A stretch of 63,678 nucleotides of DNA, counting the filler, from Octopus bimaculoides (lineage: Eukaryota): assembly GCF_001194135.2 (NCBI RefSeq). It is 5 parts of 5 records of this genome, joined end to end, with 100 filler letters (N's around TTAATTAATTAA, not from the genome) between each part and the next. Parts side by side here need not be neighbours in the genome. Positions count along the whole stretch, not along the records: positions 13,837 to 31,009 come from NC_068989.1; 4 more parts are not named here. The stretch is one strand, 5' to 3'. The position numbers were made by a program, and so were the translations under genes. This document shows, in pieces, positions 13,737 to 24,156 of the stretch. The notes beneath the pieces were generated by a model. The model saw only the letters and a list, made by a program, of their open reading frames with translations, was not told where the DNA came from and did not search any database. How positions within the stretch are numbered: position 1 is the first letter of the stretch; every line of letters starts with the position of its first letter.

Positions 13737-13836
13737 NNNNNNNNNNNNNNNNNNNNNNNNNNNNNNNNNNNNNNNNNNNNTTAATTAATTAANNNNNNNN
13801 NNNNNNNNNNNNNNNNNNNNNNNNNNNNNNNNNNNN
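13737..13836. other. Artificial scaffold spacer N44-TTAATTAATTAA-N44 (identical at 31010-31109, 58923-59022 and 61769-61868)
   Basis: Four identical 100-nt structures whose 12-mer puts stop codons in all six frames. Not biological. Confidence 0.95.
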
Positions 13837-14329
13837 CTTGGAAGACAAGAAAGGGAAAAAGCTTTCTAGACTGAGTGGTGATGGCAGGGTTAATGTTTAT
13901 TTGAGTTGGGTCATGCCCTTCCAATTGCTATAGATCCGTAATGCATCTTACAGCTGTGCCTGTCACCTGCATGGTGAGTGGTAACAACTAGGGTAGGGTT
14001 GCTGACTGTTTATTGTGATCATTCATCTTTTGGTTTCCTGTAGCTTTGCTCTCTTTTACAAACCCAGTGAACATACGTATATTTCCTATTTCAAAGAAAT
14101 TCGAACAATACATATAAGACCCAAGTTAAAAAGATTCTCAACAATTCAACTTCTCTGGTTGACATTAAGACACCCACCCCCAATAGGGGCCTTAACTCCC
14201 ACATTTTAGAGCTCCATGACCTCCATTTTTCAGGAGCAAAATCCTTTTAACAGGTTCCATAAGACTGGAATTTTGGAATCTGCGCATAAAGATTGGTAGT
14301 ATGGGATATATGTGTCATGATTAGAATTT

Positions 14330-14459
14330 TTTTAGGGTGTGTAAAGAGGGAGAGAACCTTCATCTGCAATTTTGTATTCCAGTTCATTAGAGAAAATATA
14401 ACAGACAAGTCTAGTTCTTCAATTGCATGTAACACGGGCAACGCTAGGTATCTCTGCTA

Positions 14460-14460
<1 letters not shown>
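14330..14460 (+). mobile_element. Helitron 3' terminus
   Basis: CACGGGCAACGCTAGGTATCTCTGCTAG|T resembles the reverse complement of the 11114 terminus (decayed hairpin + CTAG). The 5' limit is uncertain. Confidence 0.6.
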
Positions 14461-14496
<36 letters not shown>

Positions 14497-14723
14497 ACGT
14501 CATGTTTCAAATAGTGATTTGAACATATTAACTTAAATATCAAATGATGGGAAATAGTGATGGAAAAATAGTTTCATCTCAATTGGTAAAATTCACTTGA
14601 ACATTTAAAACTGTTAAATGTTACTTTGGATAGAAATTTTTATTTTCCTTCTATAAACTGTGAACATTGTCTTTATTTGTTTCTAGTTGGTCAAGCCACT
14701 GATCCGTCTTTATTTGTTTCTAG

Positions 14724-14875
14724 TTGGTCAAGCCACTGATCCAAGTGCTACACTTAGCGATCACTTGTTGACAGAGATCCTGAATCTGCTGAAAAAGGAA
14801 GTGTCTGAGCACGGAAGGCACCTGCAACAGTATTTTAATCTCTTTCTCCTTTACTCCAATCTTGGCACAGAAGAA
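14724..14875 (+). CDS. USP9X: USP9X/fat facets exon (first recognisable in window): (V)[50 protein letters not shown]
   Basis: Translation matches the recalled USP9X C-terminal motif [29 protein letters not shown]. Acceptor TTCTAG ends at 14723 (phase 1); donor GTAAGT at 14876 (phase 0). Confidence 0.95.
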
Positions 14876-15534
14876 GTAAGTATAGACATTGTCATAATCA
14901 TTATCATCATCATCATCATTTTTATGTCTGCTTTTCTAGGTTGGAATGGGTTGAATGAGTTGTTACAGACCAAGTCCTTATTGAGACTTATTTGCCCTCC
15001 TTGATTGGTTAAAGACCACATCTATTTTTGGTATGTTTTCTATAACAGGATGCCCTTCCCATTACCAGCTACTTTACCGAGTGTACTGGATGCATTTTAT
15101 CATGCCACCAGCACTTCAGAAGTTGTTTGGGAAGGTCAAAGGATTCTCATCCCTAAATGTCTCTCTTGTCCCTTTTCAACGATATGTTTCTATAGCTGAA
15201 TGAATGACCTTTCTAAAGCCTACCACTTCACAGAATGTGCTGGATACCTTTTTCTTTGCAGCACTGGTACTCGTGAGGTCAACAAGTAACTTGCATGGCA
15301 AAAGCCCTTGATTGAGGGTGGGGGGTGGGGGTAGTCTTGCGAGAGGTGGATTTATTGCAAGTGTTGAAAGGCCAAAATATAATAGTAAGACAGGTACAGG
15401 TGTCTTGTTGCAGAAGAGATACNNNNNNNNNNTTGCAAGTGTTGAAAGGCCAAAATATAATAGTAAGACAGGTACAGGTGTCTTGTTGCAGAAGAGATAC
15501 AAGGCTACCCCAGCTCTGTGTGTGTGTGTTTGCA

Positions 15535-15855
15535 GTGAAGGTGCGTGGCTTAGTGGTTAGGGCATTCAGCTCACGATTGTAAGGTCGTAAGTTCAATTCC
15601 CAGCGATGCATTGTGTCCTTGAGCAAGACACTTTATTTCACGTTGCTCCAGTCCACTCAGCTGGTGAAAATGAGTAGTACCTGTATTTCAAAGGGCCAGC
15701 CTTGTTACACTCCATGTCACGCTGAATCTCCCTGAGAACTACGTTAAAGATACACATGTCTGTGGAGTGTTCAGCCACTTGCATGTTAATTTCACGAGCA
15801 AGCTGTTCCGTTGATCGTATCAGCTGGGATCCTTGTTGTCATAACCAACGGCGTT

Positions 15856-15857
<2 letters not shown>
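15535..15857 (+). mobile_element. tRNA-derived SINE (family C) with CORE-like segment and family A 3' tail
   Basis: A/B boxes, TGTGTCCTTGAGCAAGACACTT segment, then the same TCAAAGGGCCAGCCTTG...GTTCCGTTGATC tail as 9185-9350. Confidence 0.8.
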
Positions 15858-15890
<33 letters not shown>

Positions 15891-16680
15891 NNNNNNNNNN
15901 NNNNNNNNNNNNNNNNNNNNNNNNNNNNNNNNNNNNNNNNNNNNNNNNNNNNNNNNNNNNNNNNNNNNNNNNNNNNNNNNNNNNNNNNNNNNNNNNNNNN
16001 NNNNNNNNNNNNNNNNNNNNNNNNNNNNNNNNNNNNNNNNNNNNNNNNNNNNNNNNNNNNNNNNNNNNNNNNNNNNNNNNNNTTTTGCAATAAACTTATC
16101 CTTTTTAAGTTAAAAACTGTCTTCACATCACATTGAAAATTTGAATTCTTGCACCCTTTTGAGACCAACATGCCTGATACTGTTTCTAGTTCTACCATAC
16201 AAAGCATTGAATCTCTTCATATTTAAATGAAAAGCTTTTATAATTTTATTGAAGAATCACACACACACATTCTAAATAGTAGCTGAGACTGATGAAATGA
16301 ATTATTTTATGAAATCTCTTGGAATATTTATATTATTTCCAAAATTGATTGAAACACATGGACTTTGTCTTATTATATTTGAAATACAATTACAAAACGC
16401 TTAAATCATTTAAGCTAACTCAAGCATTTCAGTTATAGAAGAGGTTGATTTATAATTGCTATTATTTTCTCTGAATAAATACATATGGCTGCAGTTTCTG
16501 TTTGAGAGTGTGTTGTTATATACACATATATAGTTATGTAACCACTGTTTCAGCAAACATCCACCAGAGATATGTAAATTCTATGAATTAATGAAATGAG
16601 TTGTACTAAAAAACATTCCATAAATTTTGTGTTAAAAAAACAAATGTGAATTCACTTGATTTTTATTTCTATGATTGCAG

Positions 16681-16854
16681 AAGCAACAGCTGTTGAGGTT
16701 AAATGTTCCTGCTCAGTTCATGTTGGTGGCTCTTGACGAAGGCCCAGGACCTGCCATCAAGTACCAGTATGCTGATCTGAGTAAACTTTTCTCTGTTGTT
16801 TCTCACCTAACGCGTTGCTGTGATGTGTCAGCCAAATGTCAGTCATCAGTCAAT
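16681..16854 (+). CDS. USP9X: USP9X exon: [58 protein letters not shown]
   Basis: DEGPGP.IKYQYA motif. TTGCAG acceptor ends at 16680; GTAAGA donor at 16855. 174 nt, phase 0/0. Confidence 0.97.
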
Positions 16855-17030
16855 GTAAGAACTAATTATTTTATGATTTAGCATTTTTTTAACTGCTTTT
16901 TTTTTTTTCGTTTCTTTTATTTTCATTAATTTAGTCTTCGTCTCTCCTGATGACACTTGTAGCAAAAAATAGACTACCACTTCCAATAAACTAAAATCTT
17001 ATGAGCTCTTTCTTTCTCAAATCAAATTTG

Positions 17031-17411
17031 ACTTACTCTTTACTCTTTTACTTGTTTCAGTCATTTTAACTGTGGCCATGCTAGAGCACTGCCTTTAGTC
17101 GAGCAAATCTACCCCAGGACTTATTCTTTGTAAGCCTAGTACTTATTCTATCGGTCTCTTTTGCCGAACCGCTAAGTTACGGGGACGTAAACACACCACC
17201 ATCGGTTGTCAAGCGATGGTGGGGGGGACAAACACAAACACACATACATACATACGATGGGCTTCTTTCAGTTTCCGTCTACCAAATCCACTCACAAGGC
17301 TTTGGTCGGCCCGAGGCTATAGTTGAAGACACTTGCCCAAGGTGCCATGCAGTGGGACTGAACCCGGAACCATGTGGTTGGTAAGCAAGCTACTTATCAC
17401 ACAACCACTCA
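17031..17411 (-). mobile_element. Long composite SINE (family D); other copies 18920-19297 (-), 29300-29665 (-), 33652-34104 (+) and partial copies elsewhere
   Basis: Head GCAGGAGTGGCTGTGTGG, CCTTGGGCAAGTGTCTTC segment, internal microsatellite and AAAGAGT-repeat tail. High identity between copies. Confidence 0.85.
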
Positions 17412-17897
17412 CTTAGGCAAATTTGATTTTCTTCAGGTTAAATGTGTAACAATTTAGGCTTACAAATTGAACTATTAACAGGTTTCTAACAGTACAGGCC
17501 TGAAAACACTGAGATTCAGTGGTTCATTAACATTAACCCTTTTGATACCAACCTGCCCAAGATTGCCACTAGTTTTATCATACAAACTTCCTGTTTTTTA
17601 ATTGATCTAAAACCTTTCTTAAATTACACACTAATTTGTGTTCTAGATATCAACTTAATAATGACAAAAGCTATTTTACCGAATTCTTCATAATTTATAG
17701 TAACAAATATAGTAATGAAAAGGTTAATGATATATTATAAGTTTCTGATATATAAAAATGGACAGTATGATATTCTTCATATTCTTTGTAGTGTAAGTTG
17801 TATCAATTTTGATGGCAACAGCATTTAAGTGGATTGTCACCAATGAATCCTTTCTGTGAATCCTTTCTGTTAGTTTCCGTTTCATGCTTTATTTCAG

Positions 17898-18059
17898 GGT
17901 TCATCTCCTTTAGCCAATCCGCATGGTGACCCTACATGTTGTGCCTCACTCATGCCTATACAAACTCAGGTAGCTGATATATTGTATAACAGATCCAGCT
18001 ATGTTAAAAAGGTCATTGAAGATTGTAATAACTCTGAGGACACAACAAAGTTACTGAGG
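17898..18059 (+). CDS. USP9X: USP9X exon: [54 protein letters not shown]
   Basis: Matches recalled NP.GDP...MPIQ..VADIL..R.SYVKK.IEDC. TTTCAG acceptor; GTGAGT donor at 18060. 162 nt, phase 0/0. Confidence 0.96.
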
Positions 18060-18330
18060 GTGAGTAAGATTTTGCTTTCTCTTCTACTTTTTATATGTTT
18101 ACGAGCATGGTGAAATATATTATTGTGTGCATGTGTGTACACATGTGCACATCCACTATGCATCAACCTCAGGATTTGAGAGACAGGATATGTTGGATAT
18201 CTACATCATCATCATTTAATATCCACTTTTCTTTGCTTACATGGGTCAGGCAGGTTTTCTACAGCTGGATGCCCTCCTTATCACCAATCCTCGCCTATTT
18301 TCAGAGCAAGGTAATATTTTTCGTGGTTGG

Positions 18331-18540
18331 AGGTGGCAAGCTGGTAGATTCATTAGCACACCAGGCGAGATGCTTAGTGGCATTTCGTCCGTGTTTATGT
18401 TTTGAGTAAATTTCGCTGAAGTCGACTTTGCTTTCGTCCTTTTGGGGTTGATAAAGTCATTGCCAGCTAGCACCAGGGTCCATGTAATTGACTTATCCAC
18501 TCTCCCAAAATTACTGGCCTTGTGCAAAAATTTTAAGCTA
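18331..18540 (+). mobile_element. tRNA-derived SINE (family E); a dozen or more copies, e.g. 26690, 41165, 43020, 43250, 43995, 46860, 51010, 52080, 54795, 55490, 59945, 61420
   Basis: Recurrent GGCGAGCTGGCAGAATCGTTAG...GAGTTCAAATTCCGCCGAGGTCGACTTTGCCTTTCATCCTTT..GGGGTCGATAAA. Confidence 0.85.
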
Positions 18541-18648
18541 ATATTTCTCCATGGTTTGACATGTTCTTTGCAGAAGACTGGAAATGAATAACACCACTTG
18601 TGTGATGGTGATGCTCATTTACAACAATCATTAGATGTCAAGAAAAGG

Positions 18649-18684
<36 letters not shown>

Positions 18685-19103
18685 GTACACATGTATGTGC
18701 CTTGTCTTGACATCATGTAATGGTTGTTAAACAAACTAGTGATGGTGTTCATTTCCAATCTTCCATTGAAACATGGTTGGCCATGGGAAAAATATAACCA
18801 TGGTTGGAAAGAGGTGGGAGTTGCTGACAAGAAGGGCATCCAGCTGTAGAGAATCTGTCTTGACAAGTATGGAAAAGTGGGCGTTAAAATGATATTGGTG
18901 ATTGATATACCTATACATATATATTTTATTCCAGTCATTTGACTGCGACCATGCTGGAGCCCCGCCTTTAGTCAAATAAATCGACCCCAGAACTTATTCT
19001 ATCGGTCTCTTTTGTTGAACTGCTAATTTACAGTGACGCAAACACACCAACATTGGTTGTCAAGTGATGGTGCAGTGGAACAAACAGACACACAAACATA
19101 TAC

Positions 19104-19144
<41 letters not shown>

Positions 19145-19940
19145 NNNNNNNNNNTTTCTATCTACCAAATCGACTCACAAAGATTTGGTCGGCCCAAGGT
19201 TATAGTAGAAGACACTTGCCCAAGGTGCCATGCAGTGGGACTTGAACCCAGAACCGTGTGGTTGGTAAGCATGCTACATACCACACAGCCACTCCTATAT
19301 ATATATATATATATGACGTTAAACGATGAGGATGATGATGATGATATATATATATGTGTGTGTGTGTATATATGCATACACATACACAATGTACTGCTTT
19401 CAGTTTCCTCCTACCAAATTCACTCACAAGGCTTTGGTTGGCACTGGGGCTATAGTAGATGACACTTACCTTAGGTGCCATGCAGTGGGACTGAACCTGA
19501 GACTACACAGTTGAGAGATCAAGCTTCTTAAATACATGGCCACACTTGTGACTAAATAGGAATTAATTCTAAGAGAGAGAATTATTCAAATGTCAGATTT
19601 TTTGCTGGGGACTAAAGCTGGTGAAATATTGTTCACTAGTTAAATAATCATTTAATTAGAAATAATTAAGAATATTTGGTGAGACACCATTTTATCATTT
19701 AAATAGAAAAGCAATCAAAAATTTGAAACTGCTGGAAGCATCCTTCAAGATATTTATAATTTCTAAATTTATTTATTTCTGTCTAAGACTGAAAGAATTT
19801 TTATGAGAACACTTTTAAAGTGCACGTAATATATATGAAATTACTTTTGATTTAGATTGCTGAAAAAATTTTTTTGAATTACATTGTTAATTTCTTGTAA
19901 AATTTTACTGATAATTCATTTGAAATATATCTCTTTATAG

Positions 19941-20000
19941 TTTTGCAGTTGGGAAAATCCTCATTTCTCCTCAACAGTCTTGAGTGAACTGTTATGGCAG
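19941..20000 (+). CDS. USP9X: USP9X exon: [20 protein letters not shown]
   Basis: Near-identical to recalled [26 protein letters not shown] acceptor; GTGAGT donor at 20001. 60 nt. Confidence 0.96.
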
Positions 20001-20294
20001 GTGAGTAGTTTCATATATTTTATAGTTTTATATAAGTATTGTTTTACTTTTAACTTATTTGAAAACCATAATTAGCAACATGCAAAATTTTTGGCAGTTG
20101 AGAGCTTTCAAGAATTTTACTTTTGACACATTGTTTCGGTGGGTCTGGATCTCTTATAGTCCAGCTGGAGTATTGATACATGATGATGATGGCGGTGACA
20201 GCGGCAGCAGTTAGAAGCTTACAAGTCTACTTGGAAACTATGATTAACTTTTTTTTATTTACAATGGACGGATAGGTGTCCCCATGTTGTTGTT

Positions 20295-20341
20295 ATCGCA
20301 GTGTTTCAGCTGATGTACTCTCTAGCCTTCATCAGCTGTTC
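20295..20341 (-). ncRNA. Hammerhead motif in the inverted PLE terminus (decayed)
   Basis: Minus strand: CUGAUGA-A-GGCUAGAGAGUACAUCAGCU-GAAA-CACUGCG. Core intact; stems and cleavage triplet mutated. Confidence 0.6.
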
Positions 20342-21429
20342 TGGTGGAATTTTGAACCTACTAGATCATGTAAACTCAATAAAGCCATCCATATGGTTCA
20401 CAGTAGAAAAGGAAAAGGACAATCAGCTGACATTCCTGGACGTATTAGTAACATTGACTTCACAGTGCACTTAAAGGTAAATTTATTAATGCTTAATGCT
20501 TGTTCAGGACATCTGTATACCACAAGCCAACCTTCACTAGACAATACCTCAGCTTCAATTCTCACCATCCATACAATATAAAGAGAGGGATTGTTCAGTG
20601 CCTAAAACATCAAACAAGGACTATAAGTAGCGATCCTGATATGCACCAGGAAGAAATGATCAGGCTAAGAAACAATTTGCTATGCAACAACTACTCAAAG
20701 AACATATGTCCACTCCTATTAGGAAGAGGAGAGAAGATAAAACCCATGAACTGAGCACAGTTTGTCTACCCTGTGTCAAGGAGTCTCGGAAAAGATACAA
20801 AACACATGCTGTCCATATGACATCAGGACAGTATTCAGAAGTAATACCACCCTTCGCAAATATCTTCTCTGAGTAAAACCACCCATGGAAGAGAATATGA
20901 CCAAAAACTGCATGTACCCTATCCCATGCGATTGTGGTAGGTTATACAAAGGTAAAACATGCCACCCCCTTAAAGTAAGGGTAGAGGAATATCGTAAAGC
21001 TTTGACATGTGGGGTTGTTGAAAAATCAGGTATCGCCAATCATGTATGGAAAAACGGAGACCACCTCCCGTTGTAGGATGACATTAAAATAATTGACAGA
21101 GAACACCACTGGAAAATACGAAAATTAAAAGAAGCTGCACATATGTTAGGATACAATAACCTCCTAAGCAGACCAAGTGCAGATATGAATGTAATATGGG
21201 AACCGGTATTAAGAAACGATAAAATACTAGGTTTATAAGCCCTGAAATTCACTCTATAATAGCTCACGGGCATATAGTGTAGTGGATAAAAGCACAGGCT
21301 ACTAATCCTTGGATTCTCAGGCAGGGACTTGGAAAATAATATCAACAGATAAATAACATCAGCAGCATACCTTAGGAATGAGAACAGTGTACCCCATTAG
21401 TCAAAGGGTTGGGTTCGAAATTCCACCAG

Positions 21430-21475
21430 AACACCTGATGAAGGCTGGAGAGTACATCAGCCAAAACGTGATAAC
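21430..21475 (+). ncRNA. Hammerhead motif in the PLE 3' end (G12 mutated to A)
   Basis: AACAC-CUGAUGA(21435-21441)-A-GGCUG[GAGAGUACAU]CAGCC-AAAA-CGUGAU. Confidence 0.65.
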
Positions 21476-22461
21476 AACAAACAAGATGAGGACACCTGTC
21501 TATCCATTGTAAATAATGCACATAATTTCTCATCTCAAAAATATAGAATAGTATGATTACATTTGTAAATAAGCACCAAACTGACTTTGTAGCACAAAGA
21601 ATTTAATGTCAAGAAGAAGTGAAGCCTAATGTTCCTGGCAGAATACCTTTGTTTGAATTCTGTTTGTCAATGGCAAAGCATTACTGGTTTTCTCAGTTTC
21701 TCTCGTTTTTCTGTATGACTTTGTAGCAGTTTGGAGGCTCTTATTTTTATGGCTCTTATGGTCAGATTGTTTGAGAACAGTCTGCCATAACAAACTGTTT
21801 ATTGATTAAGTTTCTAGCCAGCTTCTGATACACATCTCTTCTTCTTAACACTATAGAAACCAAGATTAAAGCCTATGCTTTGTGTGTTAGTCAAGGATTT
21901 AAAAATATCTCCCTCTTTTTCTGATTTTCGAATAAATGCAAATTGTATGAGGATAGAGATTGTAGTTTGTTGGTGGATGTCAAAATATTTGCTTTCATTG
22001 TTCACTTTCATTTTAATTACTTTAAAACCCTTTTGTTATATCTGTTGAAATACACTGGGTTTGTTTCAATTAATTTTGAAAATAATGAAGAATTTAGTAA
22101 AATAACTATCCTTATTAAGCTGATGTTTGGAATATGACACGTTGATGGAAGATTTTAATTTAGATCTCTTTAAAATGGGAACTTTATATAGAGAACCAGC
22201 ATTTAATATTACAGAACCAGCACTTTATATTATAGGGCCAGTCTCTGTCAGATTAGTATCAAAAGGACTAAATATTTTCAATATGACTAAAGGTAATGAT
22301 TAAGGTGGCAGAGAGTGTGTGAATATAAGAGAAATATATTTTAGTATTGCAGAAGTTGTATAGATTTGTTTATGCAAGATTATTTAAAAAAAATTTTATT
22401 GTTTTGTATGAAGAAGACAAAATCAAAATGTTGATGAATGATATATTTTCTTTTATTACAG

Positions 22462-22570
22462 GTGGCTTACTCATACACTTATGAATTGAAACCCTATTTG
22501 GAACTTTTATTTCAAATGTTAATGCTTGATGATTCGTGGCAAAATCATCGAATTCACAATGCACTTAAAG
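22462..22570 (+). CDS. USP9X: USP9X exon: [36 protein letters not shown](G)
   Basis: [12 protein letters not shown]...[13 protein letters not shown] motif. TTACAG acceptor; GTAGAT donor at 22571. 109 nt, phase 0/1. Confidence 0.97.
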
Positions 22571-23152
22571 GTAGATTTACTAATGCTTAATTCTTACTGT
22601 AGAAATGTACCAATGCTTAACCTTTTCCTGACTGCTTAATACTGTAGGATATTAAAACATCTCTCATTTCAGTCCCTTTCTTTCATGGAATTTTAATTCT
22701 GTTCTGGGTCTCTGTCTATCTTATAACTCCCATTATTTTGAATAATAACTGGAAATAACTGGAATTAGGACTGTTTAATGACCTACTCTTGAACACAAGA
22801 TTAAATACAATAATTTCAGTAATAAATGACAAGTTATAATAGTTTTATTATGAATATCCATAAATGTTGAAACACTAGCCGAGAACATTTTGAAGAACAG
22901 TGTTTCAAAAATTAGTTAAACTTGATTGTGTTGAATTCTGATCTATTTTGTACATAGAAACTTTGTCTGTCTCTCTGTGTCTCTATCTCGGTCTGTCTGT
23001 CTCTTTCTGTAAAACATATGATTGTAGTATTTTAGAATTAGACTTAAAATTGAATCACTTGATATTAATGCATTTATATTAAGTTTGATCATGCTTATGC
23101 ATTTTAAATTTAAAATAAATTCATATTAAGTTAAAAATTCTTCTGTCTGTAG

Positions 23153-23261
23153 GTATTCCTGATGATAGAGATGGCTTATTTGATACCATTCAACGGTCTA
23201 AAAATCATTATCAAAAAAGAGCCTATCAATGCATCAAAATGATGGTGTTGCTTTTTACACA
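23153..23261 (+). CDS. USP9X: USP9X exon: (G)[35 protein letters not shown](H)
   Basis: [29 protein letters not shown] matches the recalled vertebrate sequence. CTGTAG acceptor; GTAAGT donor at 23262. Phase 1/2. Confidence 0.98.
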
Positions 23262-23334
23262 GTAAGTTTTTCTTCATGAATTATTGCTGTTATGAAATTT
23301 TGTTTTATTTTCTGAAAATTACGATTTCAGTAAA

Positions 23335-23375
<41 letters not shown>

Positions 23376-24062
23376 GGGTGTGGGGAATAAACTTGTCTAA
23401 ATTACGCAAAAATGAAAATGTATTGATTTGTCTCAATTTCTTGTATTTTCGAAAAGCCCATTTTATAGCTTTTAACCACCCAAAGTCTGTATAGTGGCTG
23501 TCTAGAAAAAAACAAAAAACATCACTACTCCTTTTGTAGTTTTGTAGTAGTGTACAATATGGTATATGGGCTAATCATTCAGTTGCCTCTCGAAATAAAA
23601 CATAAATAATGCAATAAGATTGATATAAGAGCATTGATGTTTGCTCCAGCTATTATTCCAATAGTTTTGCCAGAAGGATGTCATCTTCACCAAATTTTGC
23701 ATTTGAAAGAGCCTGGAAAAACCCAGGTACTTAATGATGTATGTCTGAGAATTTTATGCAGAGGCATGGATAAAGAGTTATTGAATGTCGTTTGCCAAGG
23801 ACTAGGTTCAATGATTTCTCATAGAATCCCACTGAACTTAGTCATGGCTCAGATTTGTTATCAAATACTTGTGATATGAGTTAGTTAAAAGATTGAGGAC
23901 ATGTCTATAAATAAATGGTACTGCAGAAAAGTAACGAAACTGGAGCAATTCTAGTTTTGTGTTTCAGCTGAAAGGAAGAAGTAGGTTAAGTGAGTTGGAT
24001 TGTTGTGATTTGCTATTTGAAGCTTATCTCTTAAATGTTTTCTCTCTCTCTTATTTTTGTAG

Positions 24063-24156
24063 TTGTATCCCTGCAGCTCAGATGTTACAGAGTAATGGTG
24101 ATCTGAAAAGGAAGTGGACTTGGGCAGTTGAGTGGCTTAGTGATGAGCTAGAGCGG
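24063..24156 (+). CDS. USP9X: USP9X exon: (H)[31 protein letters not shown]
   Basis: [20 protein letters not shown] motif. TTGTAG acceptor; GTAAGT donor at 24157. Phase 2/0. Confidence 0.98.

Larger units (their letters stand above)
20256..21550 (+). mobile_element. 5'-truncated Penelope-like element (RT thumb + GIY-YIG endonuclease, decayed) with an inverted copy of its 3' end at the 5' side
   Basis: LDHVNSIKPSI.FTVEKEKDNQLTFLDVLV, RTSVYHKPTFTRQYLSFNSHHP, and GIY-YIG-like CMYPIPCDCGRLYKGKTCHPLKVRVEEYRK. 20256-20360 is the reverse complement of about 21405-21517. Candidate TSD TATGATTA at 20239 and 21552. Confidence 0.92.

Noticed and set aside
13781-13792. TTAATTAATTAA as a regulatory or homeodomain site
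   Set aside because: It is the centre of the artificial spacer.
13949-13975. AG...GTGAGT-bounded segment upstream of the first USP9X exon
   Set aside because: The translation in the required phase (IRNASYSCACHLH) does not convincingly match the expected upstream USP9X sequence.
15355-15500. Exact 68-nt direct repeat (15355-15422 and 15433-15500)
   Set aside because: The copies flank a 10-N gap exactly, the usual signature of unmerged overlapping contig ends.
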